DNA of 64,000 bases from Methanocaldococcus sp. 28A (GTDB taxonomy: Archaea > AGJL01 > Methanococci > Methanococcales > Methanocaldococcaceae): NCBI GenBank assembly GCA_049852185.1, contig CP187540.1; one strand, written 5' to 3'. A model generated the notes under the pieces. The model ran no database searches. It saw nothing but the letters and a program-made list of their open reading frames with translations, and was not told the DNA's origin. A program made the translations under genes and the position numbers. Shown here in pieces: positions 11,329 through 21,889 of this stretch. Numbering within the stretch: position 1 is the first letter of the stretch; every line of letters starts with the position of its first letter.

Positions 11329-12201
11329 ATGTTTATGGTGAATATAACAATTTTATCTCCAGAAGGTAAAAGTTGTAGTGTTTGGAATATAAAGAGAGAG
11401 ATTGAGAAATTAGGGGCTAATTGTGAAATATTTTTATTATCAAACCCAGAAACTTTAATGAGTTATGATTTTGAATTAGAGACTGATTTAATTCACTCAA
11501 GATGTGGAATAGGAGATTATGAAAATAAATTAACTCTATACTCTTGGCAATTCATAAATGCATTGGAAGTTGAGAACTGTAGATTTATAAATTCAATTAA
11601 AACACTCTACCTCACATCGGATAAATTTAAATGTATAAAATTACTTGCAAAAAATAAAATAAAAACACCAAAAACAGCGTTAATTAGAGATTATGAAGAT
11701 GCTATAAAATTCATAAAAAAATACAATTTAAAATTTCCAGTAGTTATAAAAAATTCCTTCTCAAAGTGTGGTTTGAAGGTATTTATGGCAAAAAATTTTG
11801 AAGAATTGAAAGAACTTACAAAAAATGCAATATGGGAAGGGAAGATTATTCAAGAATTTATTGATTTTAGAGAAAATGGCTTATATAAGGATATGAGAAT
11901 ATTAGTTGTTGATGGAGAGGTTGTAGGTGGATATAGGAGAGTTAGTAAAGATTTTAGAACAAACCTTTATTTGGGAAATGTCGTTGAAAGATTAAATATA
12001 GATGAAGAAGTTAAGGAGTTAGCTTTAAAATGTGCTGATTTATCTGAGGCGGTAATTTTAGGAGTAGATATTCTACCAACAAAAGATAGCTATTACGTTA
12101 TTGAGCTCAACTCTGCTCCAGGAACTAAGGGCTTTAGAGATATAGGAATAAATGCAGACAAAAAAATAGCTGAAGCTTTAGTTAGATATGCAAAATCTTA
12201 A
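11329..12201 (+). CDS. cofF: RimK-like ATP-grasp ligase, probably coenzyme gamma-F420-2:alpha-L-glutamate ligase
   Basis: ATP-grasp motifs (IQEFI, DMRILVV, FRTN, GVDIL, IELNSAPG); position before dacZ-aksD matches the recalled MJ1001-1003 order. MptN paralogue not excluded. Confidence 0.75.
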   Translation: MFMVNITILSPEGKSCSVWNIKREIEKLGANCEIFLLSNPETLMSYDFELETDLIHSRCGIGDYENKLTLYSWQFINALEVENCRFINSIKTLYLTSDKFKCIKLLAKNKIKTPKTALIRDYEDAIKFIKKYNLKFPVVIKNSFSKCGLKVFMAKNFEELKELTKNAIWEGKIIQEFIDFRENGLYKDMRILVVDGEVVGGYRRVSKDFRTNLYLGNVVERLNIDEEVKELALKCADLSEAVILGVDILPTKDSYYVIELNSAPGTKGFRDIGINADKKIAEALVRYAKS

Positions 12202-12280
12202 AGAGATATTAAAAAATTGGATGGATTTTTAGAAATTTTGGATTATTTAAAACCAACACTATAAATTCTCATTTCCACTG

Positions 12281-13219
12281 GTGGAGTTAATGATAGCAAA
12301 GTATATAATAAAGCATGGATTGGAATTAGCTTATGATATTAAGGCAGATGCATTTATGATTTTTACGGAGACAGGAAAATCTTATGAATTATTAAAATCA
12401 TTAAAAAAAGATAACAACTCAAAAATCTTGAAGATATTTAATAAAATAGTACATAATAAAAACTTAAAGATAATTGTTGCCACACCAAATGAGATAACTT
12501 ATAAAAAAATTACTCATGAAAATGAAGAAAATATTTATCCAGTGTTTATTAAGCATAGAGAAGATAATAGATGCATGATAATAAGTAGTGGTATTGTTCA
12601 TGCTTTACAAAGAAAGATATTAAAAGAAAATCATAGAATTGTTGCAGTAGTTGGAGAACCAAAAACCCCCGGGAAGTTGGATACAATAATGGTTGTTAAT
12701 GTAAAAGACTATGTAAAGACCTTAACTTTATATAAGCTCTTTGAAACATTAGATGAAAAACAGAGAAAAACTTTAAAAGAGGTTATAAAATTAGCCATGG
12801 AGATTGGGAGAGAGGGAAGAGAAGGAGAATATGTTGGAACAATATTTGTAGTTGGAGATACACTAAATGTTATGAACATGTCAAAACCTTTAATATTAAA
12901 TCCATTTGCTGGACACAATGCGAGCATATTTGATGAAAATGTAAAAGGAACTATAAAGGAACTTTCATCTATAGATGGGGCATTTATAGTTACTGATGAA
13001 GGAAAAGTAGTTTCAGCAGGTAGATTCTTAGAGACTAAAGGAGATGTTGATATACCAAAAGGTTTAGGAGCAAGGCACATGGCTGCTGCAAGTATAACAA
13101 AAAATACGAATGCCATAGCTGTAACTGTTTCACAAAGTGGTGGAACTGTTAGAGTATTTAAAGATGGGAAAATAGTGTTTGAAACTGACCCAAGAGCAAA
13201 TATAATATTCTTTGATTAG
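12281..13219 (+). CDS. dacZ: Diadenylate cyclase (DacZ type, DisA_N domain)
   Basis: GREGEYVGTIFVVGD, DGAF, GLGARHMAAA, VSQSGG motifs after a pyruvate-kinase-C-like N-terminal domain. Confidence 0.88.
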   Translation: MELMIAKYIIKHGLELAYDIKADAFMIFTETGKSYELLKSLKKDNNSKILKIFNKIVHNKNLKIIVATPNEITYKKITHENEENIYPVFIKHREDNRCMIISSGIVHALQRKILKENHRIVAVVGEPKTPGKLDTIMVVNVKDYVKTLTLYKLFETLDEKQRKTLKEVIKLAMEIGREGREGEYVGTIFVVGDTLNVMNMSKPLILNPFAGHNASIFDENVKGTIKELSSIDGAFIVTDEGKVVSAGRFLETKGDVDIPKGLGARHMAAASITKNTNAIAVTVSQSGGTVRVFKDGKIVFETDPRANIIFFD

Positions 13220-13227
13220 GTGATAAA

Positions 13228-14490
13228 TTGACATTGGTAGAGAAGATATTATCAAAAAAAGTTGGTTATAATGTCTATGAAGGAGATAGCATAGAGGTTG
13301 AAGTTGATTTGGCAATGACGCATGATGGAACTACTCCATTAGCTTATAAAGCTTTAAAAGAGATGAGTAATAGTGTTTGGAATCCTAATAAAATAGTTGT
13401 TGCCTTTGACCACAATGTTCCAGCAAATACAGTTAAAGCTGCTGAAATGCAAAAATTTGCTTTAGAGTTTGTTAAGAGATTTGGCATAAAAAATTTCCAT
13501 AAAGGAGGGGAAGGTATTTGTCATCAAATCTTAGCTGAGAATTATGTTCTTCCTAATATGTTTGTAGCTGGTGGAGACAGCCATACATGCACTCATGGAG
13601 CTTTTGGAGCTTTTGCAACAGGCTTTGGGGCTACAGACATGGCTTATATTTATGCAACAGGGGAAACATGGATTAAAGTGCCAAAAACTATTAGAGTTGA
13701 TATTGTTGGAAAAAATGAAAATATTTCTGCTAAAGATATTGTTCTGAGAGTTTGTAAGGAGATAGGGAGGAGAGGAGCTACATACATGGCTATTGAATAT
13801 GGCGGAGAAGTTGTAAAAAATATGGATATGGATGGAAGATTAACATTATGTAATATGGCAATAGAAATGGGAGGAAAAACAGGAGTTATAGAGGCAGATG
13901 AAATAACTTACAACTATTTAAAGAAAGAAAGGAATCTAAGTGATGAAGAAATTGCAAAATTAAAAAAAGAAAGAATAACAGTAAATAGAGAAGAGGAGAG
14001 TTATTATAAAGAAATTGAGATTGATATAACAGATATGGAAGAGCAAATAGCAGTTCCACACCATCCAGATAATGTAAAGCCAGTAAGTGAAGTTGAAGGA
14101 GTTGAAATTAATCAAGTTTTTATAGGTAGTTGTACAAATGGAAGATTGAGTGATTTAAGGGAAGCGGCTAAATACTTAAAGGGCAGAGAGGTTCATAAGG
14201 ATGTTAAATTAATTATCATCCCTGCATCAAAAAAGGTTTTTATGCAAGCGTTAAAAGAGGGGCTTATTGATATATTTGTTAAAGCTGGGGCAATGATATG
14301 CACACCTGGATGCGGTCCTTGTTTGGGAGCTCATCAAGGAGTTTTAGCTGAGGGAGAAATTTGTTTATCGACAACAAACAGAAACTTTAGGGGAAGAATG
14401 GGACATATAAATAGCTATATTTATTTGGCATCACCAAAAGTTGCTGCAATTAGTGCAATTAAAGGATACATAACTAATAAAATAAATTAG
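13228..14490 (+). CDS. aksD: Methanogen homoaconitase large subunit (LeuC/HacA family)
   Basis: HDGT, DSHTCTHGA, GSCTNGR, CGPCLG, NRNFRGRMG; paralogue assignment from context. Confidence 0.85.
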   Translation: MTLVEKILSKKVGYNVYEGDSIEVEVDLAMTHDGTTPLAYKALKEMSNSVWNPNKIVVAFDHNVPANTVKAAEMQKFALEFVKRFGIKNFHKGGEGICHQILAENYVLPNMFVAGGDSHTCTHGAFGAFATGFGATDMAYIYATGETWIKVPKTIRVDIVGKNENISAKDIVLRVCKEIGRRGATYMAIEYGGEVVKNMDMDGRLTLCNMAIEMGGKTGVIEADEITYNYLKKERNLSDEEIAKLKKERITVNREEESYYKEIEIDITDMEEQIAVPHHPDNVKPVSEVEGVEINQVFIGSCTNGRLSDLREAAKYLKGREVHKDVKLIIIPASKKVFMQALKEGLIDIFVKAGAMICTPGCGPCLGAHQGVLAEGEICLSTTNRNFRGRMGHINSYIYLASPKVAAISAIKGYITNKIN

Positions 14491-14574
14491 ATTTCAGTTA
14501 AAATCAATTTTAAAAAGATAAAGATAAAAAGTTCAAATGCTATAATTATTTTACATAAATTTTTCAGTGATACT

Positions 14575-15219
14575 ATGAAAGTTAGAGACTTAATGGACAA
14601 GAATTTTGCTAAAGTATATATAGATGAGACTGTTGAAAATGCTATAAACTTACTAAAAAAGAAAAAGAGATTTTCTGCTCCTATAGTTGATAAAGAGGAT
14701 AAGTTAGTTGGTTGGATTACAGCTTTGGAGTTGTTAGGGATTTCAGAGAAAGATTTCAAAAAACCAATAACTGAGTTTATGCGTAATAAAGAAGAAGTTA
14801 TTACTGTTTATGAAGATGATGAGGCAAGAGATGTAGTTCTAAAATTCGTTAAATATAAGGTTGTTAGTATTCCAGTTTTAACAAGAGATGGTAGAGTTGT
14901 GGGGATGGTTAGAAACTGTGATGTTGTTAAAACCTTAGCTAAGTTATATGAAATTCCAGTATATAAGATATTTAAGGAATTACACAATCATATTGGAGAT
15001 ATAAGCTGGGAAGAGTTGATGGAAGCAGCAGCAGTTGTAACAAAAAGAATGACTGGAGAGGATATAACGCCAAAAGAGTATGAAGAGAGAATTAAAAAAA
15101 CAACATTTGGGAAGGCTATCTGGGCTTGTGGAGGTTTGGAAAAGTTTTTTGTAGGACTTATTGAGATAGGAATGGTTGCATTAGCGAGAAGATTGGCAAA
15201 GATAAGGGGGGCTAAATGA
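14575..15219 (+). CDS. CBS-domain-pair protein with C-terminal extension
   Basis: VRDLM, APIVD..KLVGWIT, IPVL...VVGMV. Confidence 0.88.
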   Translation: MKVRDLMDKNFAKVYIDETVENAINLLKKKKRFSAPIVDKEDKLVGWITALELLGISEKDFKKPITEFMRNKEEVITVYEDDEARDVVLKFVKYKVVSIPVLTRDGRVVGMVRNCDVVKTLAKLYEIPVYKIFKELHNHIGDISWEELMEAAAVVTKRMTGEDITPKEYEERIKKTTFGKAIWACGGLEKFFVGLIEIGMVALARRLAKIRGAK

Positions 15220-15611
15220 GGATAGAGGACGAGATAAAAAATATAGTTGAGAGAAAAGATTATGATTTTTGGGAATTTTTAAAAAGGGCTTATGAAAATA
15301 ACATCAAATTGGATATTGGGCATTTCATTCTTTTAAATATTCTTATTGGTGTAAATGATTTATACAAAAAATTAGCAGAAAAGTTTGGAGAAGAAGAGGC
15401 AAGAAAAATATTGGAGAGGAATAAAATATTTGCAAAAAACTCTGATTTTATATCTGGTGAGTTTTTAAAGGATTATATTGATAGAAAAAGTAGAGTGGCA
15501 GTTCATAATAGGATAAAAGATTTAAAAACTATTGGATTTAAAATAGAGAGTAAGTCAGGACCTTTTGGTGGGTATAAAATAGTTGGTTATCCAGAATGGT
15601 TTAAGAAATAA
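15216..15611 (+). CDS. Putative regulator with BirA/HTH_11-like winged helix
   Basis: ISGEFL...SRVAVHNRIKDLKTIGFKIESKSGPFGGYKI resembles the HTH_11 consensus. Confidence 0.65.
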   Translation: MRIEDEIKNIVERKDYDFWEFLKRAYENNIKLDIGHFILLNILIGVNDLYKKLAEKFGEEEARKILERNKIFAKNSDFISGEFLKDYIDRKSRVAVHNRIKDLKTIGFKIESKSGPFGGYKIVGYPEWFKK

Positions 15612-15615
15612 TTAA

Positions 15616-15693
15616 TATGGGACTTTTACATTATATATAATTCTATTAATGAAAAAATTATGCCAAAAAATTTATTCCTGCGAAAGTCCCATA
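15616..15693. repeat. Palindromic element, family B (short degenerate copy)
   Basis: TATGGGACTTT...GCGAAAGTCCCATA inverted ends. Confidence 0.8.
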
Positions 15694-15808
15694 ATAGGTC
15701 TTTTTTTATATACAACTATAACAACTTAAACAGTAAATATTTTATACTCTAAGCTTTTTCAAAAAAATTATTATCTTAAATAATAAAAAAGTATGTCTGG
15801 TGATTTGA

Positions 15809-18445
15809 ATGGAGATGCCAAAGGATTACAATATAGAGATTGAGAAACAGATACAAAAAAAGTGGGAAGAAAATAAAATTTACAAATTTGATGAAGAGAG
15901 CAAAAAACCACCATATATTATTGATACTCCTCCCCCATACCCAACTGGTAGATTACACTTAGGACATGCTTTAAACTGGACTTACATGGATATAATAGCG
16001 AGATACAAGAGAATGAAAGGATTTAATGTTTTATTCCCACAAGGATGGGATTGTCATGGATTGCCAACAGAGGTTAAGGTTGAAGAGATACATGGCATAA
16101 CAAAGTCAGATATTGATAGACACAAATTTAGAGAGTTATGTATTGAATTAACAAAGGAAAATATTGAAAAAATGAGAAGACAGATAAAATCTTTAGGAAT
16201 TTCAATTGATTGGGATAGAGAATATATAACAATGACTCCTGAGTATATTAAAAAGTCTCAAACTGCCTTTGTTAGAATGTATAAAGATGGTTTAATTTAT
16301 AGAGGTAAGTTCCCAGTAAATTGGTGTCCAAGATGTCAAACAGCTATTGCGTTTGCTGAAGTTGAATATAAAGAGAGAGAGAGTAAGCTAAACTATATAA
16401 AATTCCCTGCTGCTGATGGAGAAGGGCATTTGTTGATAGCTACAACAAGACCCGAACTTATGGCTGCGTGTGTAGCTATATTAGTTCATCCAGAGGATGA
16501 GAGATATAAGAACTTAATTGGAAAAGAGTTTATAGTTCCGTTATTTGGGCATAAGGTTAAGTTATTGGCTGATGAAGATGTAGAGAAGGAGTTTGGGACA
16601 GGAGCGGTTATGGTCTGTACATTTGGGGATAAGACAGACGTTTTGTGGGTAAATAGGCACAAATTAGAGATTAAGAAAGCAATTGATGAGAAAGGAGAAT
16701 TAACAGAAATAGCTGGTAAATATAAAGGATTAAAGACAGAGATAGCAAGGGAGAAGATTATTGAAGATTTAAAGAAAGAAGGTTATTTAATTAAGCAAGA
16801 GCCTATAAAACAGAATGTTGGAGTTTGTTGGAGATGTAAAACTCCAATTGAAATTATTGTTACTGAGCAGTGGTTCGTTAATGTAAAAAAATTAATTCCA
16901 AAGATTAGAGAGGTAGCTGATGAAATTAAATGGGTTCCAGAGCACATGAAAATTAGATTGCTAAATTGGATTGAAGACATGGATTGGGATTGGGTTATAA
17001 GTAGGCAGAGAATATTTGCTACACCAATACCAGTTTGGTATTGCAAAAAATGTGGAAATGTAGTGGTTGCTAAAGAAGAGGATTTACCAATAGACCCAAC
17101 TAAAACAGGTTATATTTGTGAGAGGTGTGGAAACACTGACTTAATTCCAGAAACTGATGTTTTAGATACATGGATGGACTCATCTATAACTCCGATGGTT
17201 ATAACTAAGTGGTTAGATGATGATGAATTCTTTGAGAAGCATTATCCTGTCCAACTAAGACCACAGGGGCATGATATAATTAGAACTTGGGCTTTCTATA
17301 CTATAGTTAAGTCAATAGCTTTAACTGGCAAAAAGCCATGGGATGAGATAGTTATAAACGGAATGGTGTTTGGAGAAGATGGGCATAAGATGAGTAAGAG
17401 TAGAGGAAATGTTGTAGAGCCAGATGAAATTATAGCAAAGTATGGAGCAGATGCTTTAAGATTGTGGGCAAGTAATAGTGTTGTTGGAGATGATGTCCAA
17501 TTCTTATGGAAAGAGGTTGATTACGGTTATAGATTCTTAAGGAAGTTTTGGAATGCTTGTAGATTTGCTAAGATGCATATATCTGATGACATAATAGATG
17601 AGCTAAAAAAACCTTTAGATATAAAGAACCCAATAGATTTATGGATTTTAAGTAAGTTGCAGAAATTAATTGAGAGAGTTGATAGAGATTTAGAGAATTA
17701 TAGATTCAATACAATAGTAGAGATTTATAAGTTTGTATGGCATGAGTTCTGTGACAATTACATAGAGATGGTTAAATATAGGTTGTATGGAGATGATGAA
17801 AAAGCAAAAAAAGAAGCAAGATGGACATTATACTATGCAATAGATAAATTGATAAGATTGTTAGCTCCATTTGCTCCACACTTCGCTGACTATGTAGCTG
17901 ATATCTATAAGATAGATAACTTGCATTTTTCATTCCCAGAGGTAGATGAGAAATTTATAAATGAAGAGGCAGAGAGATTTGGAGAGGTAGCTAAAAATAC
18001 TGTCATTTCAATTAGAAGATTTAAATCAAATAAAGGAATGCCTTTAAATGCTCCATTAAAGTATGTTGAGATTTATACAGAGGATGAAGAGGCATACAAT
18101 GCATTAATTAAAACATCAAAAGATATAAAAGGAACATTAAAAATTAATGAGCTTAAAATCATTAAAGGAAAACCAGCTTTAGAATCAAAGATAATTGAAG
18201 TTATTCCAGACAAATCAAAGATAGGGCCAGAATTTAAAAAGAATGCAAAATACGTTATGGATTTAATTAAGAATGCTGATGAGGAGACATTAAATAAGAT
18301 AATCAATGAAGGTCTAAAAACAGAATATGGGGTTATTAGGAAAGAGCATATAAAAGATGTCAAAAGAGCTTTATTCTGTGAAGGAGAAGAAGTAGATTCA
18401 GTTGATATTGAAGGAGTTTTAGCAGTAGCAATAATTAGAAAATAA
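15809..18445 (+). CDS. valS: Valine--tRNA ligase
   Basis: [27 protein letters not shown]. Confidence 0.97.
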   Translation: MEMPKDYNIEIEKQIQKKWEENKIYKFDEESKKPPYIIDTPPPYPTGRLHLGHALNWTYMDIIARYKRMKGFNVLFPQGWDCHGLPTEVKVEEIHGITKSDIDRHKFRELCIELTKENIEKMRRQIKSLGISIDWDREYITMTPEYIKKSQTAFVRMYKDGLIYRGKFPVNWCPRCQTAIAFAEVEYKERESKLNYIKFPAADGEGHLLIATTRPELMAACVAILVHPEDERYKNLIGKEFIVPLFGHKVKLLADEDVEKEFGTGAVMVCTFGDKTDVLWVNRHKLEIKKAIDEKGELTEIAGKYKGLKTEIAREKIIEDLKKEGYLIKQEPIKQNVGVCWRCKTPIEIIVTEQWFVNVKKLIPKIREVADEIKWVPEHMKIRLLNWIEDMDWDWVISRQRIFATPIPVWYCKKCGNVVVAKEEDLPIDPTKTGYICERCGNTDLIPETDVLDTWMDSSITPMVITKWLDDDEFFEKHYPVQLRPQGHDIIRTWAFYTIVKSIALTGKKPWDEIVINGMVFGEDGHKMSKSRGNVVEPDEIIAKYGADALRLWASNSVVGDDVQFLWKEVDYGYRFLRKFWNACRFAKMHISDDIIDELKKPLDIKNPIDLWILSKLQKLIERVDRDLENYRFNTIVEIYKFVWHEFCDNYIEMVKYRLYGDDEKAKKEARWTLYYAIDKLIRLLAPFAPHFADYVADIYKIDNLHFSFPEVDEKFINEEAERFGEVAKNTVISIRRFKSNKGMPLNAPLKYVEIYTEDEEAYNALIKTSKDIKGTLKINELKIIKGKPALESKIIEVIPDKSKIGPEFKKNAKYVMDLIKNADEETLNKIINEGLKTEYGVIRKEHIKDVKRALFCEGEEVDSVDIEGVLAVAIIRK

Positions 18446-18491
18446 AAATAGAAAAATAACAATAAATTTTTAACTTTTTTATTTTTATTCA

Positions 18492-19367
18492 TCATAAACA
18501 TTTATTCCCATTTATTTTTATTCCCCATTTTGTTCTAATCTCTTTAAATCTCTCTTTTAATTTCTTAGTAATTTCTCCAACTTTTTTATCGTTTATAATT
18601 CTTCCATCAATTTCAAAGACAGGCACTATCTCAGCTGCTGTTCCTGTGATAAAGAGCTCATCAGCTGTATATAAATCATGTAAAGTTAATGGTTCTTCAA
18701 CAACTTTAATACCTTCTTCTTTTGCCAATTTTATAACAACATCCCTTGTAATTCCTTTTAATATACTTGCATAGACTGGAGGAGTTTTTAAAACACCATT
18801 TTTAACTATAAATATGTTATCTCCAGTTCCTTCAACAACAAACCCTTTATCATCCAATAAAAATGCCTCATCAACTCCAGCATAATTAGCTTGAATCTTT
18901 GCTAATATACTGTTTAAATAATTTAGAGATTTAACAGCTGGATTTAAAACATCTACTGGCAATCTTCTAACTGAGACAGTTATGACTCTAATCCCATTCT
19001 CTCCTAATAAAGGTGGCATAGGAATTGCTATACAGAAAATAGTTGGTTCTTTACATTTTCTGGGGTCTAAACCTAAATCACCTATCCCTCTTGTAACAAC
19101 TAATCTTATATAGGCATCCCTCAAATTATTAACTCTCAAGGTCTCTAAAACAACATCAATCATCTCTTCTTTTGTTAATGGAATATCTATACAGAGAGAT
19201 TTTGCTGAATCATACAACCTATCTATATGCTCCTTCAACATGAAAACAATGCCATCATAAGCTCTAATTCCTTCAAAAACTCCATCTCCATATAATAAAC
19301 CATGGTCAAACACAGAAACCTTTGCATCCTTTTCATCAACAAATTTTCCATTTAAGTAGATTTTCAT
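18492..19367 (-). CDS. ilvE: Branched-chain amino acid aminotransferase
   Basis: [42 protein letters not shown]; true start MKIYLNG after AGGTGA. Confidence 0.95.
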   Translation of the reverse strand: MKIYLNGKFVDEKDAKVSVFDHGLLYGDGVFEGIRAYDGIVFMLKEHIDRLYDSAKSLCIDIPLTKEEMIDVVLETLRVNNLRDAYIRLVVTRGIGDLGLDPRKCKEPTIFCIAIPMPPLLGENGIRVITVSVRRLPVDVLNPAVKSLNYLNSILAKIQANYAGVDEAFLLDDKGFVVEGTGDNIFIVKNGVLKTPPVYASILKGITRDVVIKLAKEEGIKVVEEPLTLHDLYTADELFITGTAAEIVPVFEIDGRIINDKKVGEITKKLKERFKEIRTKWGIKINGNKCL

Positions 19368-19980
19368 ACCCTCACCTTTGATAGTAATAATAAAGAATAT
19401 AAAGTTAGGATGTAGATATGACGACATTCTGCCTAAATCAGAAGTTTCTTTAGGAGAGCGGGAGTTAACAATCTCTCTATGGGTTGATTCACAGTATTTT
19501 CCTTTTTTAGCCTTATGTATTAACTTCCCAAATGAATTTGAAAAATTATTTGTTGACATCTTTTTATAGATATAGCCATTAATATAATTCCTTTTATACA
19601 TAAAGTCCTTACCCACCTCTTCCTATACATCACCGCTCCTAAGCACTTAGCAACAATTTATGGTAAAAATAACTATATATAAAACTTTTTGTTTTTGAGT
19701 TTGGGAGTAGTATCTTGAAATTACTTTACATCTATTAATAACAACACATTGTTAATTAGTTTCCAGCTATAAAATAAATTAAATCAATTTAATTTAGTAT
19801 AATAAATTAATTTAATTTACCGTAAATTTTAAATATCAGAACTCACTATGATAATAATCCCTAAAACCTTTTTTAAATAATAGCCATAATTTGGTAAACT
19901 AGAATAAGAGTTACAATATGATTGACAAGATTTAGAGCTAAATTTACAAACCATATATAAAATATACCCCTATTATAGGG

Positions 19981-20568
19981 GTGATAGATATGGAGGTGTA
20001 TACCATAAGCGCACAGGCAAAAGATTTATTAAAAAAATTTAATAATAATAGGTGGAGAAATATGGATAGAGTTATACCCTTAATGAATGCAGTGGTAACA
20101 GGTTACGTTATAGCAGTTTCAAAAGTTTTGGGTAGAGGGGCTACAGCAATGAGTCAGATGTTAATTAGAGAAATTGGAGATGTAGTTGCTGAAATGGTTG
20201 ACCAAATAATAGGCGATGAACAACTTAAATATAACGCTGAAAATAGAACAGAGTTAATAAAATCAGCTTTACTGGAAATGGGTATTAGTAAGGACGTTGA
20301 GGTAATATCTGAAGGTAAAGAAAATGAAAAAATATATAAAATTAAAATTACTAATTCTATATTTCATCCAACACACATGGTTTTAGTTCATCAGGGTTAT
20401 AAAGAATTTCCCTTAAGTCCAGAAGGGTTAATATGTGCCGCTATTGTAAGAAAAGTTTTAAGGAGTAAGGAGGGAGGAAATTCTGAAGCACAAGTTAGAG
20501 TTAATACTAAACTTCCAACAGATGGTAAAACTCTAATTGTAGAAATTAAAGAAATAAATGCAAAATAA
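19981..20568 (+). CDS. Hypothetical protein, possible V4R/H-NOX-like fold
   Basis: Coherent ORF with RBS-like GGAGGT/AGGTGG (start uncertain); layout recalls V4R-like archaeal proteins. Confidence 0.55.
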   Translation: MIDMEVYTISAQAKDLLKKFNNNRWRNMDRVIPLMNAVVTGYVIAVSKVLGRGATAMSQMLIREIGDVVAEMVDQIIGDEQLKYNAENRTELIKSALLEMGISKDVEVISEGKENEKIYKIKITNSIFHPTHMVLVHQGYKEFPLSPEGLICAAIVRKVLRSKEGGNSEAQVRVNTKLPTDGKTLIVEIKEINAK

Positions 20569-20766
20569 ATTAACACATTTAATATCCTAACAGTTTCACC
20601 GAATATTATGTCATAAATACAAAAAATAATATTTCATAATAGCAGTTTTAAATTAAATACTTGTTAAAGATAGGAGATAATAAATCCATAAACGACATAA
20701 GATCTTCGGAATATAAAATCATTTAATGAATTTATCAATTTATAAACAGTAATTTTTTAAATTTGT

Positions 20767-20976
20767 TCAAGGTTTTATCAAGTCTAAGATTATATTAAGA
20801 GGATTTATAGATGTGATGTCGAACAATGCCCCAGATGCTCCAGTCATTGTTGCATATTGCACATTCGGTAGTTTTTTAAGTTGTTGCAGTATCGTGCATT
20901 TACCAACTCCTGGGTCGGTGATTAGGAGAATGTTTATATTCCTTCTTTTACCCTCTTTTTCTACACCTTTAACTTG
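20767..20976 (-). pseudogene. mcm: MCM helicase fragment (Walker A region)
   Basis: Reads QVKGVEKEGKRRNINILLITDPGVGKCTILQQLKKLPNVQYATMTGASG; no start codon, preceded by TAA. Confidence 0.85.
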
Positions 20977-21018
20977 TTAAACTTCATTACAGCGCTATAA
21001 AAAGAGAATTAAAAATTT

Positions 21019-21232
21019 ATGATAAATTACTAAATAATTCATTAGATGAGTTAATGCAGGATTTATTAAAAAAGAGATAGAAGACCCAAAAAAAAGGACA
21101 TCAAAAGTATATTATTCACTTACAGAGTTGGGAAAGAAAGCAGTAAAAATATATGATTATGCTGAGCGGTTGAAGAAGGAACTGGAAAGCAAACAATCAA
21201 TAATGGCAATGTTGGAGACAACAACTTCATAG
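21019..21232 (+). pseudogene. Frameshifted winged-helix regulator fragment
   Basis: DKLLNNSLDEL then, in a shifted frame, AGFIKKEIEDPKKRTSKVYYSLTELGKKAVKIY (HxlR/MarR/PadR-like wing). Confidence 0.65.
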
Positions 21233-21486
21233 CCAGCAACATCGAAAATTCGAAAATCTATTTTTAAAAAATAATTATCCCTAAACACTAAATTTATTAC
21301 TCCACCTACTTTTTTTGCTTCTGTTCCAAATTTTACCATCTCATCGCAAAATTCTTCATGACTCATTTTATTTAACTTATCTTCTACTTTTCTAATCCAT
21401 GCTGGAAGCTCGTTATAATCTATATATTTTGTTCTTCTTATTCTATTCTGTTTTTTAAGGAACATAGCTCTAATGACTTTTTTCAT
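21157..21486 (-). CDS. Small hypothetical protein (3' end uncertain)
   Basis: AGGTGG RBS before ATG; C-terminal part overlaps the wHTH relic antisense. Confidence 0.4.
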   Translation of the reverse strand: MKKVIRAMFLKKQNRIRRTKYIDYNELPAWIRKVEDKLNKMSHEEFCDEMVKFGTEAKKVGGVINLVFRDNYFLKIDFRIFDVAGYEVVVSNIAIIDCLLSSSFFNRSA

Positions 21487-21572
21487 AATTCCACCTTATA
21501 TTAAAGTAGAAATTAAATAGTTTGATGTTTTTAAATCACAATAGCCTCTCTTAAGCCTCCTTTTTTAATTTT

Positions 21573-21887
21573 TTACCACTCGTGAAATAAATTTTCCTTT
21601 ATACGGATGAATTCCATGAACATGCTTAGTTCTTTCCTTTTCAGATAATAAATCAAATGCTAAATCTCAATCCAATTTAAGTCCTAATTTTTCTCCCAAT
21701 TCTTTTCTTTTTTCAAAAAATAATTTTTTGTAATAGTTTTCAATCTCATCAATAACCACATAAACTCTATTTTTGATTTTATACTTAGTAATTCTTCCAT
21801 ATTGCACTAAATAGGAAATATTATGCTCTTTAATTTCCTTACCAAACTTTTTTGTTAATATTTTTTTAGCCATACATCTAAATTCAT
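21573..21887 (-). pseudogene. N-terminal remnant of a site-specific DNA methyltransferase (M.MjaII/MJ1448-like)
   Basis: KEHNISYLVQYGRI...LKLD*DLAFDLLSEKERTKHVHGIHPYKGK then truncated; in-frame TGA at 21667-21669; frameshift near the ATG at 21887. Confidence 0.75.
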
Positions 21888-21889
21888 AA

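Noticed and set aside
19368-19616. Long N-terminal extension of ilvE in the ORF track (likewise mscS, amidohydrolase, infB, phoU, fruB)
   Set aside because: RBS position and family N-termini support downstream starts.
19520-19660. Minus-strand MYRKRW peptide resembling a transposase motif
   Set aside because: Only five residues match and the IE/FR continuation is absent; too weak to call.
21667-21669. In-frame TGA in the methyltransferase fragment as possible selenocysteine
   Set aside because: No SECIS, likely a Trp-to-stop change, and the gene is also truncated and frameshifted.
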